Below, piece by piece: positions 35,901 through 44,800 of a stretch of DNA of 64,000 nt (position 1 is the stretch's first letter; each line of letters opens with the position of its first letter). The stretch is from Candidatus Krumholzibacteriia bacterium (GTDB lineage Bacteria > Krumholzibacteriota > Krumholzibacteriia > LZORAL124-64-63): positions 44,622 to 108,621 of the forward strand of contig JBFXKG010000012.1 in NCBI GenBank assembly GCA_050174015.1, read 5' to 3'. A model generated the notes under the pieces. That model was not told the origin of the DNA. It searched no databases and saw nothing but the letters and a program-made list of their open reading frames with translations. Position numbers and translations under genes: made by a program.

Positions 35901-36790
35901 GGACGGCCGCCAACGAGATCGACCGGCTGCTGGTCCACTGGGACCAGGACTACCTGTACCTGGCCATCGACGGCCAGGTCAGCGCCAACAGCTGGCTGCT
36001 GTACCTGGACGTCGATCCCGGGACCGCAAGCGGGCAGACCGACCTGACGGCCATCGACTCCTGGGAGCGGGGCGCCTCGTTCAGCGCGCCCGGATTCGCC
36101 CCCGACTTCCAGTACGCCTGCTACCAGCACCAGTCGGTGTGGGACGGCGACGGGTTCTGGCAGCTCCTCTCGCCGACGGCGACCCAGGACCGGTCCGGCG
36201 AGGTCGAATCGGCCTTCGACTCCTACCACACCTTCGGCGACGCTTCCGGCAGCGAGATCGCCATCCCCTGGAACACCCTTTACGGCCTGGGGGCGGGCCA
36301 CGTCCCGCCGGGGGCCCAGCTCGCCCTGGCGGCCGCGATCTGCTGGGATCCCGAGCCGGGCGGGGAACTGGGCGGCGATTCGGCTCCCGACAATCTCGCG
36401 GCATCGTTGCCGGTGATCGACAACGCCTGGACCGTCCCCGTCGACGGTGATGGCGACGGGCGCCCCGACGGGAGCGGCCTGTCCCCGGTGCCGGCGGTCG
36501 ATCCGTCCCTGGTCCGGCTCCTGCCCAACGTGCCCAACCCCTTCAATCCCGTCACGTCCATCCATTTCGAGGTGTCGGGCTCCGAGGCCGTGGACGTCGA
36601 GCTGACGATCTACGACCTGAGGGGCCGCCTGGTGACGACCCTGGTGCGTGGGCCGATGGCACCCGGCGCCCACGAGGCCGTCTGGGACGGCCGCGCCGCC
36701 GACGGGCGTCCGGTTTCCGCCGGAACCTATTTCAGCAGACTGCAAAGCCGCGGGATGGCCTGGACCCGCCCGCTGTCACTCGTCAAGTAA
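32960..36790 (+). CDS. Secreted multidomain GH57-family glycoside hydrolase (GH57 + DUF1926-like + Ig-like + DOMON/CBM9-like + FlgD-Ig)
   Basis: Signal peptide; GH57-type regions LHGNQ, WVPERVW (Glu nucleophile) and AEDWE; DVDNDGYLEV...GGRL as in the 4-alpha-glucanotransferase C-domain; VDGNVEAGEW...DYLYLAI; PNPFNP FlgD-type tail. Confidence 0.75.
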   Translation: MMDSPLRILVPACLAILLTGTAVAGTDLELRSVLAVDRVGVEDSLSPAADILSVTMYRDAALDRDVLRIAFLSLGRQAPPDLMAALASASAAPIDVIVTDRSTPSEALLAEATLHDRGSVYLPAEMPVNKARTGTVWTVPDDPDALYLTLPRGLAAGADAVNPLRIAVRSSHATPSGAIVADEVTAAYPADKAYQANCSLVLHGNQGLGYSDVFHGRSDDLEGSGFDEALQVHQGTGVPGNFHLSGTLQSSAEWAANNGDPTDFNAWLAAGVTAGWAGMVTSAYAQHIMPFVTDDMNDWAVAIQAQMTDTRYGYFPTVAWVPERVWLNTGGYPSSGVNDWIGDNWLPHGVGAVILDDDVHLTGHDNHQIHTLSGSSLRLVPRDRAFTGNILGGNGQASLDILTGLAGSGVGEFRIAVLAEDWEAIGEMGGWATITPNAKETYDWFVGKCSTESAWLSTWKLADAVANPDFNGGTITVTPGTYQEIGGFDGYGGGDNGWYTHWAGFVPYANGGDGNGSCAGTGGNCKDYGTLWSDAYNALMAAPDNNISQAGWYVMMTNLHETAWHDYLGGPISGWQHKYSAHIKNAMIYAEAAHWANGDYAVTTAAFTSDVDNDGYLEVVMHNDRLFGVFEGNGGRLTHLFVKGSGKAGIFNDTAIGVDNAYWSDTEGDFNDANHVGAFSDVSPNYQHDGYGWAIGPVDPAGPTVTLTLTRNEVAKTVALTEGDSFFDVVYDVGPATHWIQAGFSPSLVDLVWNAQMDRIWAPDAAYMGQRNPSTGVTAAWVLGSGGAGHQRDFSGTLMKGDEIKGEGVFQLRLFAGVTSAPDVAGDVAELRAMVPEVTDTIGPAVTAAVYYPATDRLQLTFDQIVAGCDPSGVAVVEGAGATTVVTLPVSTPVSETGPAITRTFELDAGTAAAVEALAGDLYLTLDADAALDGNGVGNLAVVAGEIPVDVAATAIAVDGNVEAGEWENALALADSNDSAWTAANEIDRLLVHWDQDYLYLAIDGQVSANSWLLYLDVDPGTASGQTDLTAIDSWERGASFSAPGFAPDFQYACYQHQSVWDGDGFWQLLSPTATQDRSGEVESAFDSYHTFGDASGSEIAIPWNTLYGLGAGHVPPGAQLALAAAICWDPEPGGELGGDSAPDNLAASLPVIDNAWTVPVDGDGDGRPDGSGLSPVPAVDPSLVRLLPNVPNPFNPVTSIHFEVSGSEAVDVELTIYDLRGRLVTTLVRGPMAPGAHEAVWDGRAADGRPVSAGTYFSRLQSRGMAWTRPLSLVK

Positions 36791-36801
36791 GGAGGATTCG
36801 C

Positions 36802-39207
36802 ATGCGACTGATGAACGGAATGACCGGCGGGTTCCTGCCGGTGGTGGCTGTCCTGGCGCTGCTGGCGGGCGTGGCTTCGGCCCAGACCCCGCAGACCATC
36901 GTCCTGGACGGCGTCAACGACTTCCTGCCCGGAAACCTGATCGACCCCGACGGCGGCGACACCCAGTTTCCCAACATCGACCTGGGCGACTTCTACCTGA
37001 CCAACGACGCGGTCAACCTGTACGTGGGCATGGCCCACGATCAGGGCGGCTGGGGCAGCGTGCAGCTGGGCCTGGCCATCGACGTCGACACTGCAGCCGG
37101 CGGCGACACCGATCCCTGGGGCCGGCAGCTGGAATGGACCCTCGCGCCCTTCAAACCCGACTTCATCTTCTACGTCAACCTCGACAACAACTGGCAAGCG
37201 AGCTACCGCTGGGACGCCGGGAGCTGGACCAACCTGAACCAGGGCCCCGGCAGCTTGAACTGGCAGACCGGCACCGCCTTCCGGGAACTGGCCGTCATGC
37301 TCGGCACCCTGGGCGTGGCCCCCGGCGGCACCCTCCACGTCGAGGCCTGGGTGACCCAGGACGGCGGGACCAAGGGCCCCCTGGATGCGGCCGCGGGCGA
37401 CGGCGACCAGCTGTCCACTCCGGGCTTCACCCTCTGGGATACCGCGGTGGCCATCCCCATGACCGCCATGCATCCCTACGCCGTCCAGGCCGCCGCGGAT
37501 CCCAATCCGCCGGTGGTTTCGGGAGTCGAGCCCACGGGATTCCCCGTGGATTCCTTCTTCGACGTCTTCTTCAACGAGCCGGTGGACCAGGCGACCGCCG
37601 AGACCGCCGGCAACTACGCCCTGGCCGGCGCCACCGTCACCGGCGCGGTCCGGGACGCCGGCGACCCGAGCATCGTGCACCTGACCCTCGGCGCTCCCCT
37701 GGCCGAGTCGGCCTCCCTGTACAGCTTGACGGTGACGGGGGTCAAGGATCTGGCCGGCAACACCATCGTCAACGACGGTTCCGGCAACGTGGCCTGCTTC
37801 ATGCTCAAGAAGGTCGTGTTCCGCGGCCTGTTCGGCCCCTTCCTGGCCAACCAGGGCGTCGGTCCCCATGCCTTCTCGGTCGAGGGGGATACGCCCCCGC
37901 TGACCTTCGGGGCAACCTGCGACACCGGCATCATGACCGACACCGGCGTCGACGACATCTGGGAATTCGAGACCATCTTCCTGGTGAACGGGGACTGCGT
38001 CGGGGGCACGGCCACGGCCGACGTCCAATGGAAGTTCAACTACAACTGCACCACCTACGAGCCCCTGGCGAGCAACCGGGTCCACACCCTGGACCTGGCG
38101 AACGGCGCCACGGACGTCATCGAGGTCTACTGGAACGACCAGGATCCCTCGGCTTTCACCGCCCACGACATCGACGTCGAGTTCTTCGTGGACATGAACG
38201 ACTCGGCCTACCAGCCCGGCGACACGGTGACCCTCAACGGCTCCGTCCTGCCCCTGACCTTCGACGTTCCCTCGCTGACCGCGATGGTCGACGACGGGAC
38301 GGGCAACGACGCGACCGCGGGCGACGGGATCTTCTCCGGCCTGGTGACCTTCCCCGCCGGGGCCATCAAGGACGTCACCTACAAGTTCCTGCTCAACGAC
38401 GCGTACGAATGCGCCACCCAGGGCGACCGGTACCTGTTCCTCAACGACGAGATGTTCGACACGGTGGGAGGGACCCTCGGGCCCCTGACCCTTCCGGTCG
38501 TCCATTACGACTTCTGCAACACCCTGTGGCGCGCGGTCGAGGTGGTCTTCAGCGTCGACTTCAACGGCACCGGCTGGGAATCCATCGGCCCCGGCGACGT
38601 GGTCGGGGTCAACGGCACGCCGAACAACGCGGAGCCCCCGACGTTCGACTGGTCGGTGCCCTCGCTGAACACCATGGCCGACGACGGCGTGTATCCCGAC
38701 CTGGTGGCCGGCGACAAGATCTACACCGTGGCCGTGGTCTTCCCGGACACCAGCAGCCAGAACATCGAGTACAAGTTCCTGGTCAACGACGTGTACGAAT
38801 GCTCCACCCAGAGCAACCGCACGGCCTCGCTGGACCCGGACAACCACGATGCGACAGGCAATCCCCAGATCCTGGCGGTGGACGTGTTCCAGCGCTGCAA
38901 CATCACGGACGTCCCGCTCGCCGGCCGGTCCCGGGTGACCCTGCAGCAGAACGCCCCCAACCCGTTCAACCCCATGACGGAGATCCGCTTCACCGCGGCC
39001 CGCGAGGGCCGGGGCAGCCTGCGGATCTACAACGCGCGCGGCGAGCTGGTCCGCACCCTGCTGGACGGGGTCATCGCGGCCGGCGAGGGCTCGGTCATCT
39101 GGAACGGCCGGACCGACAACGGCAACCAGGCCGGCAGCGGCGTGTACTTCTACCGTCTCGAGGTGGCCGGTGACTCGGTCAGCAAGCGGATGGTGCTCTT
39201 GAAGTAG
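36802..39207 (+). CDS. Secreted non-catalytic multi-module carbohydrate-binding protein (DOMON-like + Ig-like + three CBM20-like/choice-of-anchor-X repeats + FlgD-Ig)
   Basis: Signal peptide ASA-Q; internal repeats V.F.VD...M.DDG...D..AGD.I...YKFL.ND.YEC; PNPFNP tail; AAGGAGG RBS 11 nt after the GH57 stop. Confidence 0.7.
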   Translation: MRLMNGMTGGFLPVVAVLALLAGVASAQTPQTIVLDGVNDFLPGNLIDPDGGDTQFPNIDLGDFYLTNDAVNLYVGMAHDQGGWGSVQLGLAIDVDTAAGGDTDPWGRQLEWTLAPFKPDFIFYVNLDNNWQASYRWDAGSWTNLNQGPGSLNWQTGTAFRELAVMLGTLGVAPGGTLHVEAWVTQDGGTKGPLDAAAGDGDQLSTPGFTLWDTAVAIPMTAMHPYAVQAAADPNPPVVSGVEPTGFPVDSFFDVFFNEPVDQATAETAGNYALAGATVTGAVRDAGDPSIVHLTLGAPLAESASLYSLTVTGVKDLAGNTIVNDGSGNVACFMLKKVVFRGLFGPFLANQGVGPHAFSVEGDTPPLTFGATCDTGIMTDTGVDDIWEFETIFLVNGDCVGGTATADVQWKFNYNCTTYEPLASNRVHTLDLANGATDVIEVYWNDQDPSAFTAHDIDVEFFVDMNDSAYQPGDTVTLNGSVLPLTFDVPSLTAMVDDGTGNDATAGDGIFSGLVTFPAGAIKDVTYKFLLNDAYECATQGDRYLFLNDEMFDTVGGTLGPLTLPVVHYDFCNTLWRAVEVVFSVDFNGTGWESIGPGDVVGVNGTPNNAEPPTFDWSVPSLNTMADDGVYPDLVAGDKIYTVAVVFPDTSSQNIEYKFLVNDVYECSTQSNRTASLDPDNHDATGNPQILAVDVFQRCNITDVPLAGRSRVTLQQNAPNPFNPMTEIRFTAAREGRGSLRIYNARGELVRTLLDGVIAAGEGSVIWNGRTDNGNQAGSGVYFYRLEVAGDSVSKRMVLLK

Positions 39208-39237
39208 CTCGCCTCATCGAGCGGGCGGTTCGCGATG

Positions 39238-39274
39238 GGCCGCCGGATCCGTCAGGGTCCGGCGGCCATCTTTT
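39238..39274 (+). terminator. Terminator between the convergent GH57 operon and the sigma54 regulator
   Basis: GGCCGCCGGATCC-GTCA-GGGTCCGGCGGCC then ATCTTTT. Confidence 0.75.
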
Positions 39275-40650
39275 CAGCCCAGGTCGTACTTCGAAAGCCG
39301 GTAGACCAGGACGTGCCGGGGGATGCCGAGGTACTCGGCGGTGCGGGTCTGGTTGCCGCCGCACAGGGCCAAGGCCCGGCGGATGGCTTCCTTTTCCAGC
39401 TCGACCAGGGAGAACCCCCCGGGAGGCAAAGGGCCGAGAGGCAGGGGATCGTCCCGTTCGGCGGCCGGCAGGGCTGGGGGGACCTCCCCGGCCCGGGGCG
39501 CCAGCCGTTGCAGGTCAGCCGCCGTCAGCTCGTCCCCCCGGCGCATGAGCACCAGCCGCTGGTTGAGGTTCCGCAGCTCGCGCACGTTGCCGCGCCAGGT
39601 CCGGCGCTTCAATTCCTCGATCAGCGCGGGTTCGCTGCGCAGGCTCTCCCCGTTGTGCAGGAGGGTGAAGTGCTCCCAGAGGAGGGGGACGTCATCCGGG
39701 CGTTGGCGCAGCGGCGGCATCGCGATCTCCACCACCTGGATCCGGTACAGCAGGTCTTCTCGGAAGCGGCCGGCCTTCACCTCGGCGGCGAGGTCACGGC
39801 TGGTGGCGCAGACGAGCCGGAAGTCCGCGGCGACGGGCCCGGTACCGCCGACCGGATCGACCTGCCGCGTCTCGAGCACGCGCAGGAGCTTGGGCTGGAG
39901 AGCCGGTGGGAGCTCGGCGATCTCGTCGAGGAACAGGGTGCCCCCTTCGGCGGCGCGAACGCGCCCCGTCGACTCGCGCACCGCGCCGGTGAACGCGCCC
40001 TTAGTGTGGCCGAACAGCTCGGACTCCATGAGCTCGGCGGGGATGGCCCCGCAGTTGACGGCCACGAAAGGGCGGTCCCAGCGGCCCGACAGATCGTGTA
40101 CGGCGCGGGCGGCCAGCTCCTTGCCGGTCCCGCTTTCCCCGGTGATCAGGACGGTGGCGTCGCTGGGGGCGGCGCGTCTCAGGGACTCCATGGTCTCCCG
40201 CATGGCCCCGCCCCCGAACACGAGGCCCGAAGCGTCGGTGCGTTTCCGGAGCAGGGTGCGCAGGCGGCGGTTGTCCTGTTCCAGCTCCCGGGTGTGGAGG
40301 GCCTGGGCGACGGAGTGACGCAGATCGTCCCGCTGGAAGGGCTTCAGCAGGTAGGTGAAGGCGCCGAGCTTCATGGCCGCCACGGCCTGCTCCACCGTGC
40401 CGTGCGCCGTCAGGATGATGACCGGCGGGGGGGATTCGTCGGCATCCTCGCGGACGCGCCGCAGCACCTCCATGCCGTCGATCCCGGGCATGCGAATGTC
40501 GGAGATGACCAGGTCGAATCCAGCCGGCAAGATCTTCAGGCCCTCCTCGCCGGAGGCGGCGACCGTCACGTCGTGGCCCGCGTCGGCCAGGATGAAGCGG
40601 ACGACCTCGCGCAGGCTGGCGTCGTCGTCGATGACCAGGATCCGGGCCAT
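39274..40650 (-). CDS. Sigma54-dependent response regulator (NtrC/ZraR family)
   Basis: Receiver ILVIDDD...SDIRMP, Walker A GESGTGKE, ESELFGHTKGAFTGA, FREDLLYR, Fis-type HTH. Confidence 0.95.
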   Translation of the reverse strand: MARILVIDDDASLREVVRFILADAGHDVTVAASGEEGLKILPAGFDLVISDIRMPGIDGMEVLRRVREDADESPPPVIILTAHGTVEQAVAAMKLGAFTYLLKPFQRDDLRHSVAQALHTRELEQDNRRLRTLLRKRTDASGLVFGGGAMRETMESLRRAAPSDATVLITGESGTGKELAARAVHDLSGRWDRPFVAVNCGAIPAELMESELFGHTKGAFTGAVRESTGRVRAAEGGTLFLDEIAELPPALQPKLLRVLETRQVDPVGGTGPVAADFRLVCATSRDLAAEVKAGRFREDLLYRIQVVEIAMPPLRQRPDDVPLLWEHFTLLHNGESLRSEPALIEELKRRTWRGNVRELRNLNQRLVLMRRGDELTAADLQRLAPRAGEVPPALPAAERDDPLPLGPLPPGGFSLVELEKEAIRRALALCGGNQTRTAEYLGIPRHVLVYRLSKYDLG

Positions 40651-40678
40651 GGGAGGCTCCTCAGGGTGTGACCGTCGG

Positions 40679-41818
40679 TCAGGTGCCATTTCGGATCATC
40701 TCCTCGGGATCGGCGGCAGGCAGCGCGAGAACGACGCAGGCGCCCGGTGCGAACCCCCGGTCGACGGTCAGGGTTCCGCCCATGTCCTCGGCCAGGCGCA
40801 GGCTGGTGGCCAGGCCAAGTCCGGTCCCCTCCCGGCGGGTGGAATAGAACGGGGTGCCGAAGTTTTCCAGACCCTCGGAGGTGAACCCCGGCCCGGTGTC
40901 GCAGACCCTGCAGACCGCCCGGTCGTCCCGGCGCTCCACCGAGAAGGAGGTGCGGCCGGAGGGACCGGACGCAGCCACCGCGTTCAGGCCCAGGTTCAGC
41001 AGCACCTGTCTGACCTGTTCCCGGTTGGCGAAGGCCGGGCAGGGTGCGCCGGCGATCCGCACGTCCACAACCGGATTTCCGGGCCGGTGGCGCAACAGAT
41101 CGGCTACGGTCCGGACCTCCTCCCCGAGGTCGAAGACGGCCCGCTCCCCGGGTTCGCTGCGGGCGAAAGTCAGGAACCGGGTGAGCACCTGGTTCAGCCG
41201 GCCGGCTTCCTGCAGCAGGATGCGCAGCAGGTCCGACTTGGGGTGGTCCGCGGGAAAGTCGTCGGCCAGGACTTCGGCCGATCCCTGGATGCTGGCCAGG
41301 GGGTTGCGGATCTCGTGCGCCAGCCCGGCCGATAGCCTTCCCACCGCCGCGAGCCGGGCCGTCCGGACCAGTTCGTCCTCCATCCGCGTCTTCTCGTCCA
41401 GGGCGTCCTGCAGGTCGGCGGCTGTCCGGGCGAGGCGGCCGCGGGCGGCGTCGATGCGTTCGACCAGCTTGCCGGCCAGCAGTCCCAGGGCCAGGTAGAG
41501 GACCATCTCCAGCACCTTCTCGGTGGTGGCCGCCGGATCGAAACCGATCAGGCCGAAGGCGTGGGGGAGGTACATCACCACCACCAGGACCGCGGCCAGC
41601 AGCCCGCCCCGGACCCCGCCCCGGAAGGCCGCGATCACGATGGGGAAGTAATACAGGCGCCGGTAGATGCCGTGCAGGGCGTGGATGTGGATGGCGGTGT
41701 TGTAATGCAGGAAGGACACCAGGGCGATCAGAAGGGCCGGCAGCCAGTAGCGGCGCACCAGGGCGACCGCCCGGCCGGGCGTGCTGGAGGAAGGGATCGG
41801 GGGTTGCTCGGTGACCAT
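40679..41818 (-). CDS. Membrane sensor histidine kinase with a His-rich N-terminal TM sensor region
   Basis: TM region with HYNTAIHIHALHGIYRRLYY; H-box LAHEIRNPL; N, G1 (DTGPG), F and G2 (GTGLGL) boxes. Confidence 0.92.
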   Translation of the reverse strand: MVTEQPPIPSSSTPGRAVALVRRYWLPALLIALVSFLHYNTAIHIHALHGIYRRLYYFPIVIAAFRGGVRGGLLAAVLVVVMYLPHAFGLIGFDPAATTEKVLEMVLYLALGLLAGKLVERIDAARGRLARTAADLQDALDEKTRMEDELVRTARLAAVGRLSAGLAHEIRNPLASIQGSAEVLADDFPADHPKSDLLRILLQEAGRLNQVLTRFLTFARSEPGERAVFDLGEEVRTVADLLRHRPGNPVVDVRIAGAPCPAFANREQVRQVLLNLGLNAVAASGPSGRTSFSVERRDDRAVCRVCDTGPGFTSEGLENFGTPFYSTRREGTGLGLATSLRLAEDMGGTLTVDRGFAPGACVVLALPAADPEEMIRNGT

Positions 41819-41889
41819 GGATCCTCGCCGGGGAACGTCGAACCTTTCCGTCATCATCGGTCAGGGTGCCGGCGCTGGCAACGGGCAAC

Positions 41890-44800
41890 TCAAGGGCCGG
41901 TCTCCCCGGGATCTTCCGTTCGGCCCAGGGCCACCTCCCGCCGCCAGCAGTAGAGTACCGGCACCACCAGCACCGTGAGCATGGCGATGGTCATGCCTCC
42001 GAAGGAGGGGATGGCCATGGGCACCATAATGTCGGATCCCCGTCCGGTCGAGGTCAGGACCGGCAGCAGGGCGAGGACGGTGGTCGCGGTGGTCATCATG
42101 GCCGGGCGGATGCGGCGTTCGGCTCCGTCCAGGACCAGGTCGCGCACCTCTCGCCGCGACCGGGCGCGGACTCCCCGGAAGGCCTGGTCGAGGTAGGTGG
42201 CCATGACCACGCCGTCGTCCGAGGCTATCCCGAACAGGGCGATGAATCCCACCCAAATGGCCACGCTGAGGTTGATGGCATCGACCTGGAAGAGTTCGCG
42301 CAGATCGACGCCCAGGAAACCGGCGTCCAGGAACCAGGGCTGACCGTAGAGCCAGATCATCAGGAAGCCCCCGGACCAGGCCACGAAGATGCCGGAGAAG
42401 ACCATGGCGGTGGTCAGCACCGACCTGAACTGGAAGTAGAGGATCAGGAAGATCAGGAAGAGGGCCAGGGGCAGGACCACCATCAGCTTCTTCTCGGACC
42501 GGACCTGGTTCTCGTAGCTGCCCGCGAAGGAGTAGCTGACGCCCGCGGGAATCACGAACTCCCCTTCGGCGATCCGGTCCTCCAGGTACGCCTGGGCGGC
42601 CCGCACGACGTCGACCTCGGCCCGGCCGGGCTGCTTGTCGAACAGCACGTAGCCGAGCAGGAAGGTGTCCTCGCTCTTGATGGCCTGGGGTCCGCGCACG
42701 TACTCGACCACCGCCAGCTGGCCCAGGGGGATCTGGGCCCCGGTGGGTGTGGGCACGAGGATGCGGGTCAGGTCCTCGGGGTTGTCCCTCAGCTCGCGGG
42801 CGTAGCGCACCCGCACCGGGTAGCGCTCCCGTCCCTCGACCGTCATGGTCAGGGGCTTGCCGCCGACGGCGGTCTCGATCACGTCCTGGACCTTGCCGAT
42901 GGTCAGGCCGTAGCGGGCGATGGCCTGCCGGTCGATGCGGATCTCCAGGTAGGGCTTGCCCACGATGCGGTCGGCGATGACCGCGGCGGGCTCCACGCCG
43001 GGAACCTGCTTCAGGAAGCGTTCGATCTGCATGCCCACCTGTTCGATGGTCTCCAGGTCGGGCCCCTTGACCTTGACGCCCATGGGCGCGCGCATGCCGC
43101 TCTGCAGCATGACCAGACGCGCCTCGATGGGCTGGAGGCGGGGCGCCGACGTGGTTCCGGGCAGCCTGGTCGCCCGGACGATCTCGTCCCAGATGTCGTC
43201 GGGGGTGCGGATTTCGTCGCGCCACTGGCGGTAGACCCGACCCCGCCGGTCGGGGACGAGTTCCCCCCGGGAATCCCTGGCGAACTCCCCCTTCTCCTCG
43301 TCGAAGCGGAAGCGCAGGCGGCGGCCGCTGTCGTCCGTCCTGTACTCCGGCACGTAGTTGATGACGGTCTCGATCATGGACACCGGGGCGGGGTCGAGGG
43401 GCGAATCGACCCGGCCCAGCTTGCCGACCACCGAATCCACCTCGGGAATCGCCCGGATGGCCAGGTCCAGCTTCTGCAGCACGTCCAGCGCCTCGCCGAT
43501 GGAGGCGTGCGGCATGGTCGTGGGCATGAACAGGAAGGATCCTTCGTCGAGGGGGGGCATGAACTCCTTGCCCAGGCCGGGCAGGGCGTGGCGGGGGCCG
43601 GACCAGAACCTTCCCGAGGCGGTGGAGGCGTCGTCGTGGATGCCGGGGATCCAGGTGAAGGTCCGTTCGAACCCCAGCCAGATGCAGAGGCCGAAGACCA
43701 CCAGGAAGAGAGGCATGGCCAGGAACGCGGCCTTGTGGTCGAGACACCAGCCGAGGACGGGTCGGTAGAACCGGATGAAGCCGAGGAACACCAGGAGCAG
43801 CCCGCCCAGCAGCAGGGCGACGAACAACGTGTTGAGGAGCAAGCCCCGGCCCGGACCCAGGGGCAGCCATTGCCGGGCCAGCACGATGCCGACCGCGAGC
43901 GCGGCCAGGATGTTGACGGTCCAGGTCGCCCGACGGGCGATCCGGTCCGGAACCGCGAGACGCGGCCGGGTCCCCTTCCGGCCGAACAGCAGGTGGGCCG
44001 CCGGAGGGATGATCGTCAGGGCGACGATGATCGAGGCGAACAGGGCGAAGGTCTTGGTGTAGGCCAGGGGCTTGAACAGCTTGCCTTCGGCCGCCACCAT
44101 GGTGAAGACCGGCAGGAAGCTGATGATGGTGGTCATCACCGCGGTGACGACGGCGCCGCCGACCTCGCTGGCGGCGGTGAAGATGATCTGGCGGCGGGAG
44201 GTCCGGGGGTCGGCCTCCTCGATCCGGCGCATGATGTTCTCCACCAGGATCACGCCCATGTCCACCATGGTCCCGATGGCGATGGCGATGCCCGAGAGGG
44301 CGACGATGTTGGCGTCGACACCGAAGAACTTCATGCCGATGAAGCTCATCAGCACGGCCAGCGGCAGCAGGCCCGCCACGAGCAGGCTGCTGCGCAGGTT
44401 CATCACCATCACCAGGACGACGATGATCGTCACCAGGATCTGCTGGGTCAGGGCGTCCCGGAGGGTGCCGAGGGTTTCGCCGATCAAGCCGCTGCGGTCG
44501 TAGAACGGGACGATGGTCACCCGGCTCTCGGTCCCGTCAGGCAGGGTCTTGCGGGGCAGGCCGCCGCTGATCTCGGCGATCTTGGCCTTCACGTTCTTGA
44601 TCGCCTCCAGGGGGTTCTCCCCGTACCTGACGACCACCACGCCTCCGACCGCCTCGGCGCCTTCCTTGTCCAGGGCCCCGCGCCTGGCGGCCGGTCCCAG
44701 CCCCACCGTGGCCACGTCGCCGACTGTGATGGGGACGTTGTCGCGCACGGTGATGACGGCGGCCGCCAGGTCGTCCACGCTCTTGACGAAGCCGACGCCG

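Noticed and set aside
43200-43360. Insertion in the CusA periplasmic domain (EYRTDDSGRR...RQWRDEI)
   Set aside because: As I recall it is common in long CusA proteins of Planctomycetes and Bacteroidota; not distinctive
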